IMG/VR virus record: IMGVR_UViG_2825563536_000001
Location: 28,136-92,135 of that record
From: a virus
Lineage: Duplodnaviria > Caudoviricetes
DNA length: 64,000 nucleotides
Strand: one strand, 5' to 3'
Shown here: in pieces, positions 20,244 through 29,323 of the stretch
How positions within the stretch are numbered: position 1 is the first letter of the stretch
Layout of the letters: each line of letters opens with the position of its first letter
Program-made: the position numbers and the translations under genes
The notes under the pieces: model-generated
The model's input: only the letters and a program-made list of their open reading frames with translations
Database searches by the model: none
What the model was told of the DNA's origin: nothing

Positions 20244-20816
20244 CTAGGCGGGCTTCCGGTCGGAGGGGCGGTTGGCGGGCAGCTGCAGGCGCTCACGGAT
20301 GCGCACAACCGTGTGGTAGCTGAGCTTGGTCAGGGATGCGACCTGCTGATCGGTCCAGGCGAAGTGCTCGACGAGCAGCTTTACGAGCAGGGCGCGGTCG
20401 CGCTGCGTGAGCGCGTCGGCGGGGTCGAACCCGCGGAGCGCCCGCAGGAACCGGAACGCGTTGTCGGCGTACTTGCCCGAGATGAGGCCCTGTTCGTCGA
20501 GGTGCGCCGGGATGTCGCGGGCGTCGCCTTCCTCGTGCTGCAGCAGGTGCGGGGCGTGCACCTGCAGGATCGCGTCGAGGTGCTCGGAGCCGAGTTCGGC
20601 GGCGACGCGATCGCGGATGGTTGCCGGCGCGCTCTCGAGCAGCTTCGCGAGGGTGCCGTATCCGAGGCGGGTGCTGGTCGTCTTGCCGGTGCGGATGCGG
20701 TGGTCGCGCATGTAGGCCGTGCGGGCGTCGTTGCAGGCGTCGCAGGGCTTCTCGCCGTTCTTGATGTGCGCCGCTGCGCCACGGTAGGTGCCGTGGGCGA
20801 TCGTGTCGTCGGTCAT
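20244..20816 (-). CDS. Zn-binding / HTH DNA-binding protein
   Basis: HGTYRG...PCDAC motif; C-terminal WTDQQVASLTKLSYHTVVRIRERL HTH. Confidence 0.65.
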   Translation of the reverse strand: MTDDTIAHGTYRGAAAHIKNGEKPCDACNDARTAYMRDHRIRTGKTTSTRLGYGTLAKLLESAPATIRDRVAAELGSEHLDAILQVHAPHLLQHEEGDARDIPAHLDEQGLISGKYADNAFRFLRALRGFDPADALTQRDRALLVKLLVEHFAWTDQQVASLTKLSYHTVVRIRERLQLPANRPSDRKPA

Positions 20817-20894
20817 GGGGGCCTCCGGGTTGCGTGTGGGGCGGGGCCGGTGCGTCGGCAGTGACGCACCGGCCCCGTGGGGGTGGGGGGAGGG

Positions 20895-21884
20895 CTACGC
20901 CTCGGCTGCGGCGGCGTTCGGCAGGTCGACGGTCTCGGCGTCCTGGATGTTCTCGGCGCCCAGCTCCTGCTGGACGGCCTGCTGCGCGTTCTCGGCGGCC
21001 TTCGCCTCAGCGGCCTCCCACGCCTTCTTGACGTCCTCGACGCGGGCGGCGGCGAGCTGCTGCGCGGCCGGGCCGTGCTCGGGGCCGAGGAGCGCGGCCT
21101 CGCGCCACATGTCGCGCAGTTCGTCGACGTCGTTCGACTCCTCGATGCGCTTCATCAGGGCGGCGGCGGCGGCCTCGACGGCGGCAGGGTCTTCTGCGGC
21201 GGCCTGGTCGCCCAGTGCGGCGCCCAGGGCCTCGTTGCCGGACTTGTGGACCTCCCGCTCACGCTGGGGCTGCTGCTGGCGCTGCTGGGGCTGCGCCTGC
21301 TGCTGCGGGCTGTCGGTGCGCTCGGCGACGGCCTGCACCATCTGCACCGTGCCGGTGTTGGCGTCGAGCACAGCCTCGCCGGACTCGTCGATCACCGCGC
21401 CCAGCTCCTCGGGGGTGTAGATCATGCCCATGAGCACGTCGGACGCACCCATGCGGCCGATTTCGCTGATCGCGCGGGAGCGCAGCATCGCGGCCGGGTA
21501 CTTCTTCCACATCGCCTTGCCGGTGAGCTGGGCAGCCTGCGCGCGGGCCATCGTCCACTCGACCTTGAACGTGAAGTCGGGGTCGTCGGCGCGGATCAGC
21601 TCGGCGACGGCGCGGTGGTCGTCGCCGCTGACGCGGAGCCGGTGCCCGGCGCGGCGGATCAGCGCGGCGATCAGGTCGGCCGACGCGGACGGCTTGCCCT
21701 CGATCACGTGGATGCTGGTCAGGGCGGACATGCGGGAGACGCCGAGTGCGTCGGCGTACTCGAGGGCGAACAGCAGGTTGGCGGGCTGCTCCTGGTACTG
21801 GCGGGGCAGCATGGACGACTTCGCCATGTTCGTGCACCAGCGGATGTTCTCGTCGAGGGTGGCGGGGAGGTTCGGGGTCGTCAT
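20895..21884 (-). CDS. recT: RecT-like ssDNA annealing protein
   Basis: QPANLLFALEYA...IHVIEGKP...WKKYPAAMLRSRAISE; adjacent to exonuclease. Confidence 0.8.
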   Translation of the reverse strand: MTTPNLPATLDENIRWCTNMAKSSMLPRQYQEQPANLLFALEYADALGVSRMSALTSIHVIEGKPSASADLIAALIRRAGHRLRVSGDDHRAVAELIRADDPDFTFKVEWTMARAQAAQLTGKAMWKKYPAAMLRSRAISEIGRMGASDVLMGMIYTPEELGAVIDESGEAVLDANTGTVQMVQAVAERTDSPQQQAQPQQRQQQPQREREVHKSGNEALGAALGDQAAAEDPAAVEAAAAALMKRIEESNDVDELRDMWREAALLGPEHGPAAQQLAAARVEDVKKAWEAAEAKAAENAQQAVQQELGAENIQDAETVDLPNAAAAEA

Positions 21885-21928
21885 GGCAGTGCCTTTCGGG
21901 GTAGTGGTGAGGGTTTCGGGGCAGCCGG

Positions 21929-22990
21929 TCAGGCTGCGGATTCCTGCGCTTCGGCAGCGGCGCGCAGGGCCTGCAGTTCGCGGAGCTTCTCGAGGGTGAC
22001 CGGGGTCTTCGGCCGGACGATCGACGCCGTGCCGCCCTTGATCTGCCGCGACGCGATGATCAGGTTCTTCGCCTTGAGCGGCTTCCCCGACTTGCCGATT
22101 TCGGGGGGCAGCTTCACTACCAGGCGCTTCGCCTTGCCCGCGATCTTGAGGGCGTCGGCGCGGCCGCGGAACAGCTCGGCCTCCGCGAGGTCGAAGCTCA
22201 GCAGGCGGGTGGTGAAGTCGATCGCGAAGTCGAGGCTGACTTCCCAGTCCTCGTCGGCCTTCAACAGCGCCGTGTCGGTGTAGACGCGTTGCATTGCCTT
22301 GTAAGAGGATTCGAGACCGTCGTTCTCGGGTTCGACGTCGTCGGCGAGCGACTGCATGAACGCGGTGACACCGGCGAGAATCTTCGCGGCGATCGCCTCG
22401 TCGTAGACGATGACGTACGTGTGCAGGTCGTCGATGAACGGGCCGTACCGGACGACGAAGGCGCGGCGGTCGCCGCTGACGATCATCTGCCAGTACACCT
22501 GGATCAGGTAGTACAGCGGCACCTGGTCGGTGCCCGGTTCGCCCCATGCCTCGCGGTCGCCGTTGCCGCCGAGCGTCTTCCCCTCGAGGTTCAGTTCCTC
22601 GCCGGTGACGCGGTTCTTCGCGCGGAAGTCGGGCGTCGCTGCAGCCGGGAAGCCGAGGTCGTCGCGGGTGAAGGTGATTTCGCCGTCGCTGATCGGCTCC
22701 CAGTCAGGGTTCTGCTCGAACCACATCGCGAAGAACGCCGCCTCGAGGTAGTTCCCGCGCTTCTGCGAGGCGTTGCTCTTGCGGGGGAACTTGCGGGCGT
22801 GCTGCATCTTGAGCCAGGTCGCCTTGCGCTGGTCCCATCCTGGCTTGTTCAGGCCGAGCATTCCGGGGATCTTCGAGGCGGTCGCGGTCGCAGCCCACGA
22901 GTCGGTGCCGACCCAGCGGCCGTCTTCGCCGACCTCCGGGACGTCGCCGGCGGATGCGTCCGCATCCTCGGTATGTGTAAGCTGAGGCAA
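21929..22990 (-). CDS. RecE/YqaJ-like exonuclease
   Basis: TASK, RGNYLE, AATPD, LEGKT, VPLYYLIQVYWQM. Confidence 0.85.
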   Translation of the reverse strand: MPQLTHTEDADASAGDVPEVGEDGRWVGTDSWAATATASKIPGMLGLNKPGWDQRKATWLKMQHARKFPRKSNASQKRGNYLEAAFFAMWFEQNPDWEPISDGEITFTRDDLGFPAAATPDFRAKNRVTGEELNLEGKTLGGNGDREAWGEPGTDQVPLYYLIQVYWQMIVSGDRRAFVVRYGPFIDDLHTYVIVYDEAIAAKILAGVTAFMQSLADDVEPENDGLESSYKAMQRVYTDTALLKADEDWEVSLDFAIDFTTRLLSFDLAEAELFRGRADALKIAGKAKRLVVKLPPEIGKSGKPLKAKNLIIASRQIKGGTASIVRPKTPVTLEKLRELQALRAAAEAQESAA

Positions 22991-23099
22991 CGCACGTTCC
23001 TTTCGGGTTGCGTAGTAGTCCGGTTCCGTCGGCAGTCCCTTGGCAGTAGGGCGGCGGGGCCGGACTTCTTTCGTTTCGGGGGGCCTGCGCTACGCGGTG

Positions 23100-23370
23100 T
23101 TACGCGTTGTTGCGCGGCTGACGGAGTCATCATATGCACGTGACGCACTGTTACGCAACTACAGACGGGTAATAGCGCGTAACCTCTGTCCCAAGCTCTG
23201 AGGATGCGCGCCGCGACACGCGGACCGGCGCCCGAGCTGCACCCCGCGAAGGCCCCCGACGACCCTGCGCACCCCCGCGTACTGACAGGCGTCAAATGCG
23301 TAATACCGACCGGCGGGGATGCCCAATTGCACAGTTCGCGCGCGTACTATGTGCGCATAAATGCGTTACA
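23100..23370. promoter_or_regulatory. divergent immunity control region with TTACGC(A/G) boxes
   Basis: boxes at 23100, 23151, 23176 (inverted), 23297 (inverted); TTGCAC...TACTAT promoter for repressor. Confidence 0.55.
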
Positions 23371-23378
23371 GTTTGTCC

Positions 23379-23801
23379 ATGAACACAAGGCAGGAGCACG
23401 TCGGAGACCTGATACGGGCCGCCCGTGAAGGGCGTGGCATGTCCAGAAGAAAGGCTTCGGCCAAATCAGGGGTTAGTGAAGCGCGCCTTCGTCAGATCGA
23501 GAATGGCGTTCAATACCGCGACGGTGTCGCCTCTCCTGTGAACCCGAAGCCGGACAAACTAGTGATGATCGCAACAGCGGTCGGGCTAGACCCCAAGGTT
23601 GTCCTCGAGGCTGCAGGCTACGACCCCGGCATCGCCGACCACATCGAAACAGACCTACCGCCCGCTGAGCAGGCCGTCGGCCGCATCACGACAGGCTCGA
23701 AGGGTGCTCGGTTCCTCCGCATCGACGATCTCGACGACCGGGAAGTCGAGTTGATCGAGACCTTCCTAGCCGGGCTAGAATTGGGGCGAAAATCCGGCTA
23801 G
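23379..23801 (+). CDS. immunity repressor (XRE-family HTH)
   Basis: LIRAAREGRGMSRRKASAKSGVSEARLRQIENG; divergent from lytic genes, near integrase. Confidence 0.8.
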   Translation: MNTRQEHVGDLIRAAREGRGMSRRKASAKSGVSEARLRQIENGVQYRDGVASPVNPKPDKLVMIATAVGLDPKVVLEAAGYDPGIADHIETDLPPAEQAVGRITTGSKGARFLRIDDLDDREVELIETFLAGLELGRKSG

Positions 23802-23868
23802 ACGAACCCACCTCTGCCTGCGCGGGGGTGGGTTCTCCTGCCTAGACGAGGGAGGGGCCTGACCCTTG

Positions 23869-24501
23869 ATGCGAGGTGTCCACACTGCTCGGGGGTTACA
23901 GCCGCTCGGCTATGACCCGTTCAGCGATGCTGTCGAGCGCGGTATCGAAGTCGGGTACCTCGGCATCTCGTCTGCCGCCGGTATGTGGCTGCCGAGCCGC
24001 AACGCGATCATCATCAGCTCGGCGATCACCAACGCGGCGGACCGGGCCGACATGCTCGCCCACATGCTCGGCCACGCCGACCTCGAGGGGGGCCGCGCGA
24101 TCGCCCGCTACCACAGCGGCAGTTGCGACGCGCACGACATCGACCGGCGCATCAACAATCGGGTCTCCCGCCGGCGCATCACCCCGGCCGCGCTCGAGGC
24201 TGCGGTACGCGTAACGACGTGCGCAGGCATCGTTGCGCACCTGCTCGGGGTATCGCTGCGCACCCTGCAGCACCGCGTGCAGGCGCTCAGCTACGACGAG
24301 CGCCTGACGCTCGGGCGCCCCTGCAGTCGTCTCGACTGGCCCGCGGAGGCCCGGCAGCCGATCGCGCTGCCCGGCCCGTGCCTGCACGAGCCGAGCGAGC
24401 GCGAGCAGCGCCTCACCCGCGCGCGGATCACCGCGAGCCTGACCGTCCTGCCGCTCGCGATCGCGACGTTCACGCTGGCGGCGCAGGCTCCGTTCCCCTA
24501 A
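23869..24501 (+). CDS. ImmA/IrrE-like metallopeptidase with degenerate HExxH (HMLGH)
   Basis: GMWLP...IIIS...LAHMLGH; C-terminal HTH AHLLGVSLRTLQHR; directly after repressor. Confidence 0.65.
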   Translation: MRGVHTARGLQPLGYDPFSDAVERGIEVGYLGISSAAGMWLPSRNAIIISSAITNAADRADMLAHMLGHADLEGGRAIARYHSGSCDAHDIDRRINNRVSRRRITPAALEAAVRVTTCAGIVAHLLGVSLRTLQHRVQALSYDERLTLGRPCSRLDWPAEARQPIALPGPCLHEPSEREQRLTRARITASLTVLPLAIATFTLAAQAPFP

Positions 24502-25757
24502 CCGGTCAGCCCGAGGGCCGCGCCGTAGCTGTCGAGGGCTGCGCGGGCCAGCCCCTGGTCGACGTGCGCGTAGATGCGGTGCGTCGCCTTGGAGTTGTGC
24601 CCGAGCAGCTGCATCCGCACATCTTCGGGCACGTTCATCGACTGCAGCACGGTCGCGGCGGTGTGCCGGGCCGAGTGGATGTTCACCGCCGGCAGGCCCG
24701 CGCGCACGAGCGCCCGGTGCCAGTTGCGGTGGTCGCTCGCCGGGTGGATCGGGGTGTTCGTGCGCGGGTTCGTCCACACCAGGCCCCACGGGTTCGTCGG
24801 CGTCGAGGCGAGGTGTTCGCGCAGGCCGTCGGCGATTGGGCCGATCAGGGGGATGAGCCGCTTGCTGCCCTTCGTCTTCGGGCGGCCGAGCGCGAGCGCG
24901 CCGAGCAGCGGCCGGTGTGCGTACCCGCGCGCGACGTTCAGCCGCACCATCGGGCACAGGCGCGGCCGGTTCCGCGGGTGCCCGCAGCTCGGGTCACCGG
25001 TGCGCGTGTCGCCGCAGCCGTGTACCTGCCCGGCCGAGACGAGCGCCCACGACAGGTCGAGGTAGCCGTCGGCGAAGTTGATCCGATCCGCCTGCAGGCC
25101 AATGACTTCGCCTTGCCGCTGCCCGGTGAGCAGCGCGACGGCGTACCGCAGCCACATTGGGTCGCCCGCGCGGTACGAGGTTTCGATCAGGTGCCGGGCC
25201 TGCCCGAGGTCGAGGGGCGGCAGGCCGTCGTCGGCGTCGGCGTCGTTGCGCGGCAGCGTGATCCGGGCGGTGGGGTTCTTCGCGAGCAGGTCGTCGGCGA
25301 CGGCGTCGTCGAGGGCCTGGCTGAGTACGACGTGCACGAGTCGCGCGGTGCCGATCGACAGCCCGCGCGCGGCGAGTTCGGTGTGCATCCGGCGCACGTG
25401 CAGCGGTTCGAGCTTCGCGAGCTGCAGGTGCCCGATGGTCGGGACGATCGAGTTCTTCACGCGAGACCGGTAGCTGCGCAACGTGTTCGGCGTGAGGCCG
25501 CGCGCGGTCGCGACGTTGTCGAGCCAGTAGTTCATCCAGGCTTCGACGGTCGTCGGCCCGCCCTTGACGACGGTGCCGTTCTGCAGCTCGGTCAGCTTGT
25601 CCTGTGCAGCGGAGTTTGCGTCGCGCTTGAGCTTCCGGGCGACGGTCACGCGCCGGCGTTTGCCGTCGGGGCCGGTGCCGAGGCTGATGGGGACGACCCA
25701 GAGGCCATCTGAGGCCCGTTTGTACGCCTTGCCGAGTGTCGGGCCGGGTGCGGTCAA
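24498..25757 (-). CDS. int: tyrosine integrase
   Basis: TGQRQGE, PKTKGS, HSARH, LLGH, IYAH catalytic set; N-terminal arm-binding region. Confidence 0.95.
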   Translation of the reverse strand: MTAPGPTLGKAYKRASDGLWVVPISLGTGPDGKRRRVTVARKLKRDANSAAQDKLTELQNGTVVKGGPTTVEAWMNYWLDNVATARGLTPNTLRSYRSRVKNSIVPTIGHLQLAKLEPLHVRRMHTELAARGLSIGTARLVHVVLSQALDDAVADDLLAKNPTARITLPRNDADADDGLPPLDLGQARHLIETSYRAGDPMWLRYAVALLTGQRQGEVIGLQADRINFADGYLDLSWALVSAGQVHGCGDTRTGDPSCGHPRNRPRLCPMVRLNVARGYAHRPLLGALALGRPKTKGSKRLIPLIGPIADGLREHLASTPTNPWGLVWTNPRTNTPIHPASDHRNWHRALVRAGLPAVNIHSARHTAATVLQSMNVPEDVRMQLLGHNSKATHRIYAHVDQGLARAALDSYGAALGLTG

Positions 25758-25982
25758 TTCGTGCTCCTGGTGGGGAATGGGAAGGGGCAGCGTTACGCAG
25801 TGTTTCGCGTATCCGCTGCCCCTCGTTCTACCACACGGTAATTACTCATAACCGTGTGTTTACACCCCGATTCAGGCGGCAAATGACCTCCGTAATGATC
25901 CCAACCTGCAGGTACGCATCCGGTGCGCACGACGTCGCCGGACGGCCGTTTCGGGCACTGTAGCCACAGGTGTAGCCGCTGG

Positions 25983-26333
25983 TTAGGAGTTGGTGGCCGT
26001 TACCGTGGTCGCGGGCCTGGTCGCGCCCTTGGCGGCCGCTACGGCCTTCCGGCGGGCGGCGTCCGCGCGCTGCTCCTCGGTGGTCCGCTGGCGCAGCGTG
26101 AGCCGCTTCTCCTTCGCCTTGACGGCCTTCGGGTCCATGTCGGTGCGAGCGCCGCGGCCCGGTCGCGAGTCGTTCCACTTCAAGACGGTGTCCTCGGACC
26201 AGCCCTTCGCGCGGCCGACGATCACGTCCGGCTCGGGCAGTAGACCGCGCTCGTCGTAGCCGTTCACGGTGTTGACCGACAGGCCGAGCAGTTCGCCGAT
26301 TTCGCGGCGGGTGAGGTATCGCTTCGTAGTCAT
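25983..26333 (-). CDS. excisionase-like HTH protein
   Basis: RYLTRREIGELLGLSVNTV...LPEPDVIVG...GW; upstream of int. Confidence 0.7.
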   Translation of the reverse strand: MTTKRYLTRREIGELLGLSVNTVNGYDERGLLPEPDVIVGRAKGWSEDTVLKWNDSRPGRGARTDMDPKAVKAKEKRLTLRQRTTEEQRADAARRKAVAAAKGATRPATTVTATNS

Positions 26334-26478
26334 GGGAGTGTCCTTCGTTCGGGGGTTCGGGTTCCCCGCAGTCGGGGCGCCGTATGCCGGTCACGTTACG
26401 TCACATCCTGTGCAATGTGCAAGCTACCCGGCCGGGCACCCGTCCCACCAGGCAGTTTCGTCACTGTGACACCCTGAC

Positions 26479-26517
26479 TTGCTAAATGACAAGGGCTGCG
26501 GTAAATTGATCTTGTCA
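26479..26517 (+). promoter_or_regulatory. TA promoter with inverted-repeat operator
   Basis: TTGCTA-17-TAAATT; TGACAAG (26488) / CTTGTCA (26511). Confidence 0.6.
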
Positions 26518-26538
26518 AACGGAAAGGAGGTGGTAACA

Positions 26539-26739
26539 ATGGACAAGAAGACGATCAAGGCGATCCTCAAGGAGGCCGAGGCTCAGGGGTTCACCCTCAA
26601 GGTGCACACCAACGGGCACATCAGCGCCTACAAGGACGGCGTGTACGCGGCGACCTTCGCCGGTACCGGTAGCGACTACCGGGGCGCGAAGAACTCGCTG
26701 GCGGCACTACGCCGAGCCGGGTTCATCTGGCCCCGGTAA
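26539..26739 (+). CDS. hicA: HicA-like toxin
   Basis: 66-aa basic protein, AEAQGF...NGH...T..D.R..KN.LAALRRAG. Confidence 0.75.
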   Translation: MDKKTIKAILKEAEAQGFTLKVHTNGHISAYKDGVYAATFAGTGSDYRGAKNSLAALRRAGFIWPR

Positions 26740-26812
26740 GCACACGGGGGGCGGGGCGGGGGTGCCGCCCCGCCCCCCATGACCGCACAACAACAGAACA
26801 GGACACACCGAC

Positions 26813-27238
26813 ATGACCGACTACAACATCATCGCGAGGCTGGCCGCCGCCCCGGACGAACCGATCGAAGACCGGGCGCTCGCGCTCGTCGAAGCCTTCG
26901 CCGAGTACGGCCCGTCCGTCGGCCCGCTCGGCAACGGCACCGCCGAACTGACGATCACCGTGCCCGCCGACACCATCCGGCAGGCGATCGACACCGGGTT
27001 CGCGCTGCTCGCCGACCGGGGCGTTCAGCCGACGTCGATCGAGGCTATGACCACCGACGACTGGGACCGCCAGCACGCGATCGACAACTCTGACGACATG
27101 CTGTCCGTCACCCAGGCCGCCGACCTGCTCGGCGTCTCCCGCCAGCGGGTGCTGCAGCGCATCAGCGAGGGCACGATCGCGGCCCGCAAGGTCGGCCGGG
27201 CGTGGGCGATCCCGCGCGGCGCGCTGCAGGCCGCGTGA
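26813..27238 (+). CDS. HicB-like antitoxin with C-terminal excisionase-type HTH
   Basis: acidic N-domain; MLSVTQAADLLGVSRQRVLQRI...KVGRAWAIP; follows hicA. Confidence 0.65.
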   Translation: MTDYNIIARLAAAPDEPIEDRALALVEAFAEYGPSVGPLGNGTAELTITVPADTIRQAIDTGFALLADRGVQPTSIEAMTTDDWDRQHAIDNSDDMLSVTQAADLLGVSRQRVLQRISEGTIAARKVGRAWAIPRGALQAA

Positions 27239-27465
27239 TGTCGAAGATCAACCCGCGCCTGGTGTCGATCGGCATCCGCGAGAGCGCCGACACCGTGACC
27301 GAGGTCGGCGCTCTCGTCGACTACCTGACGAAGTGCGCGCGCACGATCGACGGCCACGACGTTGCCGGCGGGCACCTCTCACGGGCGGCCGAGCTGCTGG
27401 ATGCAGTTCAGGTCTCGCTCGACGACGCCATGCAGGCGCTCCCGCCGCTCCCCGAGTCCCCCTGA
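27238..27465 (+). CDS. hypothetical protein
   Basis: TGATG overlap with antitoxin. Confidence 0.55.
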   Translation: MSKINPRLVSIGIRESADTVTEVGALVDYLTKCARTIDGHDVAGGHLSRAAELLDAVQVSLDDAMQALPPLPESP

Positions 27466-27534
27466 GGCGCGTAACGGCCCCCCTCCCGGCAGGCAGGGGG
27501 GCGGCGCCATGTTCGGCGCCCACACAGGACGCCA

Positions 27535-27568
27535 GAAGGCCCCCTCCCGGTCGGGTAGGGGGCCTTCT
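27535..27568. terminator. bidirectional terminator
   Basis: AGAAGGCCCCCT...AGGGGGCCTTCT between convergent genes. Confidence 0.75.
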
Positions 27569-27580
27569 CGTGTTCGGGGG

Positions 27581-27874
27581 CTAGAAGCCGAGGCGGCGCA
27601 GGTCGGCGTACAGGGTGCGGCCGCCGCGGATGAGCGTCGTCGGCCTGACGTACGTCTTGCCGTCGACGTTCGTGAGGACTTTGGGGTCGACGAGCGCGAC
27701 ACCGGCGAGCATCGCGTTCTTGACGCGCTCCGCGGTGGGGTAGTGGTCGACGGCAACTCTGTGCATGTCGGGCACGTCGACGCCGGACCAGATCGGGGTC
27801 ACGTCGTAGAGGCCAAGGCTGCGCACGTGCACGATGTCGACGCGGACGAGGTTGGGGGCGGTGGAGTCGGCCAC
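27581..27874 (-). CDS. cassette gene, hypothetical
   Basis: GAAAGG RBS, two CCCCTACC boxes, class-A promoter. Confidence 0.65.
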   Translation of the reverse strand: MADSTAPNLVRVDIVHVRSLGLYDVTPIWSGVDVPDMHRVAVDHYPTAERVKNAMLAGVALVDPKVLTNVDGKTYVRPTTLIRGGRTLYADLRRLGF

Positions 27875-27987
27875 GGTAGGGGCCTTTCGGGTGGTAGGGG
27901 GCTTGCGCGGGGCGCCAGGCCCGGTCGGCCTGACATGAAGAACATTACGTCATATCCGACCCCTTGACAAGTCGGCAGGTCGGGGAC

Positions 27988-28263
27988 TCAGGCGCGGTCT
28001 TGCGCGGCGGTGATGTCGGCGGCGGTGGCGCCGTGCTGGCGGGCCTGCTCGATGAAGTGCTGCAGGCGGGCGGCGGTGTCGACACCCTTCGCGCCGGGGG
28101 TGTCGCGGTGAATCGCGGTGAACCGGGTGACCATGAGCAGCGCGCGGCGGCGCAGGTCGTTCTCGGTGTCGGCGTCGGCGAGGTCGGCGGCCGGGGCCGG
28201 GGTCGTGCCGCGGACGAGGCGGTTGAGCGCGGCGCGGGCGTCGGGGCCGAGGATGTCGTTCAC
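27988..28263 (-). CDS. cassette gene, hypothetical
   Basis: AGGAAAGGA RBS + GTG; class-A promoter; C-terminal ARQHGATAADITAA resembles 34540..34698. Confidence 0.6.
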   Translation of the reverse strand: MNDILGPDARAALNRLVRGTTPAPAADLADADTENDLRRRALLMVTRFTAIHRDTPGAKGVDTAARLQHFIEQARQHGATAADITAAQDRA

Positions 28264-28383
28264 GGTGTCCTTTCCTGTCAGGCCCGGTCGGCCTGGCATG
28301 AAGAACAATAGGTCATATTCGACCCTATGACAAACAGGCTGGCCAGGAGTCATAAACGCCCCTGACCAGCCCGTGCGGCGGTC

Positions 28384-29160
28384 CTACAGGTTCAGATCGG
28401 CCAGTGCTTCGCGAGCCAGATCGAGGTGTGCGAGTTTGTCGTCGAGCCGACGGTGCAGGATGTCCATAATCTCCGCGTTCTCCCGCGCGCGGGCGATCAG
28501 GTCGACCGTCGACCACGCCTCGAACCCTGCAGGCGCCTCGTCGGTCTCCGCGGTTTCCGGCCCAGCGGCCACCTGCAGGACCGACGGGACCGGGGCGGGC
28601 ACATGCACCGGCAACGACGGCGCCGTGTCCGTGGTGGCGACCACAGGCTCCGCCGGCGCGACGTCCCGCGCGGGCGTGTCCGACAGCTGCAGCTCGTCCT
28701 CATGCCCGCGCATGTGCCGCGAGTACGCGGGCGTGCTCGCGAACTTGCGGTCACACAGGACGCACAGGCGGTCCGGGCCGTGACTGTTCGACAGGTGCGA
28801 GACCATCGCCATGCGCTTGTCGGTGAGGTACCCGCCGCACTCGGCAGGGTTCGGGCACACGTACGTCCCGCCGACCGGCTCGGGAAGCGTGATCTTCGAC
28901 TTCCGCTCCCACGCCTTGATCGGCTTCTCTGCGTTCTCGCGAACACGCGGGGCCGACATGTCGCGGCTGATCGACGTCGTCGTCTTGCCGTCGGGCGCGT
29001 ACAGCAGCATGTGCCCTTTCGCCGACCGGCGAGCGAGCCACCCCGCCTTGATCGCGCGCCGGACGAGAGATTTTGCGAAGTCGTCGAATCCGCCGAGATT
29101 GGGGTTCTTCGTGAACGCGCCGTTCGATTCGGGTTCTGAATGCTTGGCAGTTGCAGTCAT
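28384..29160 (-). CDS. HicA-like domain fused to C2H2 zinc fingers
   Basis: AIKAGWLARRSAKGHMLLYAPDG; CPNPAEC...HLSNSH and CVLC...HMRGH. Confidence 0.65.
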   Translation of the reverse strand: MTATAKHSEPESNGAFTKNPNLGGFDDFAKSLVRRAIKAGWLARRSAKGHMLLYAPDGKTTTSISRDMSAPRVRENAEKPIKAWERKSKITLPEPVGGTYVCPNPAECGGYLTDKRMAMVSHLSNSHGPDRLCVLCDRKFASTPAYSRHMRGHEDELQLSDTPARDVAPAEPVVATTDTAPSLPVHVPAPVPSVLQVAAGPETAETDEAPAGFEAWSTVDLIARARENAEIMDILHRRLDDKLAHLDLAREALADLNL

Positions 29161-29274
29161 AAGAGACTCGATTCTAAGTAGTCCAGGGTTTCACCATTTC
29201 GCCTGGTAGCGGGGCCTGTTTGGGACTTTAGTCCCGAACCAGACGAACGGTCGGTCAACGCTACCGAGGGGTGA

Positions 29275-29314
29275 ACGGCCCCCGCCCACGTGCAGAAACG
29301 TGAGCGGGGGCCGT
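29275..29314. terminator. intrinsic terminator
   Basis: ACGGCCCCCGCCCACGT...ACGTGAGCGGGGGCCGT. Confidence 0.65.
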
Positions 29315-29323
29315 AGTTGTGGA

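Noticed and set aside
22849-23295. Cro gene divergent from the repressor
   Set aside because: ORF has no HTH pattern and overlaps operator boxes; no convincing Cro found in this gap
25838-25856. CTCATAA as tRNA-Met anticodon loop or tRNA-type att core
   Set aside because: No T-arm or acceptor stem follows; no tRNA gene recognised anywhere in the window
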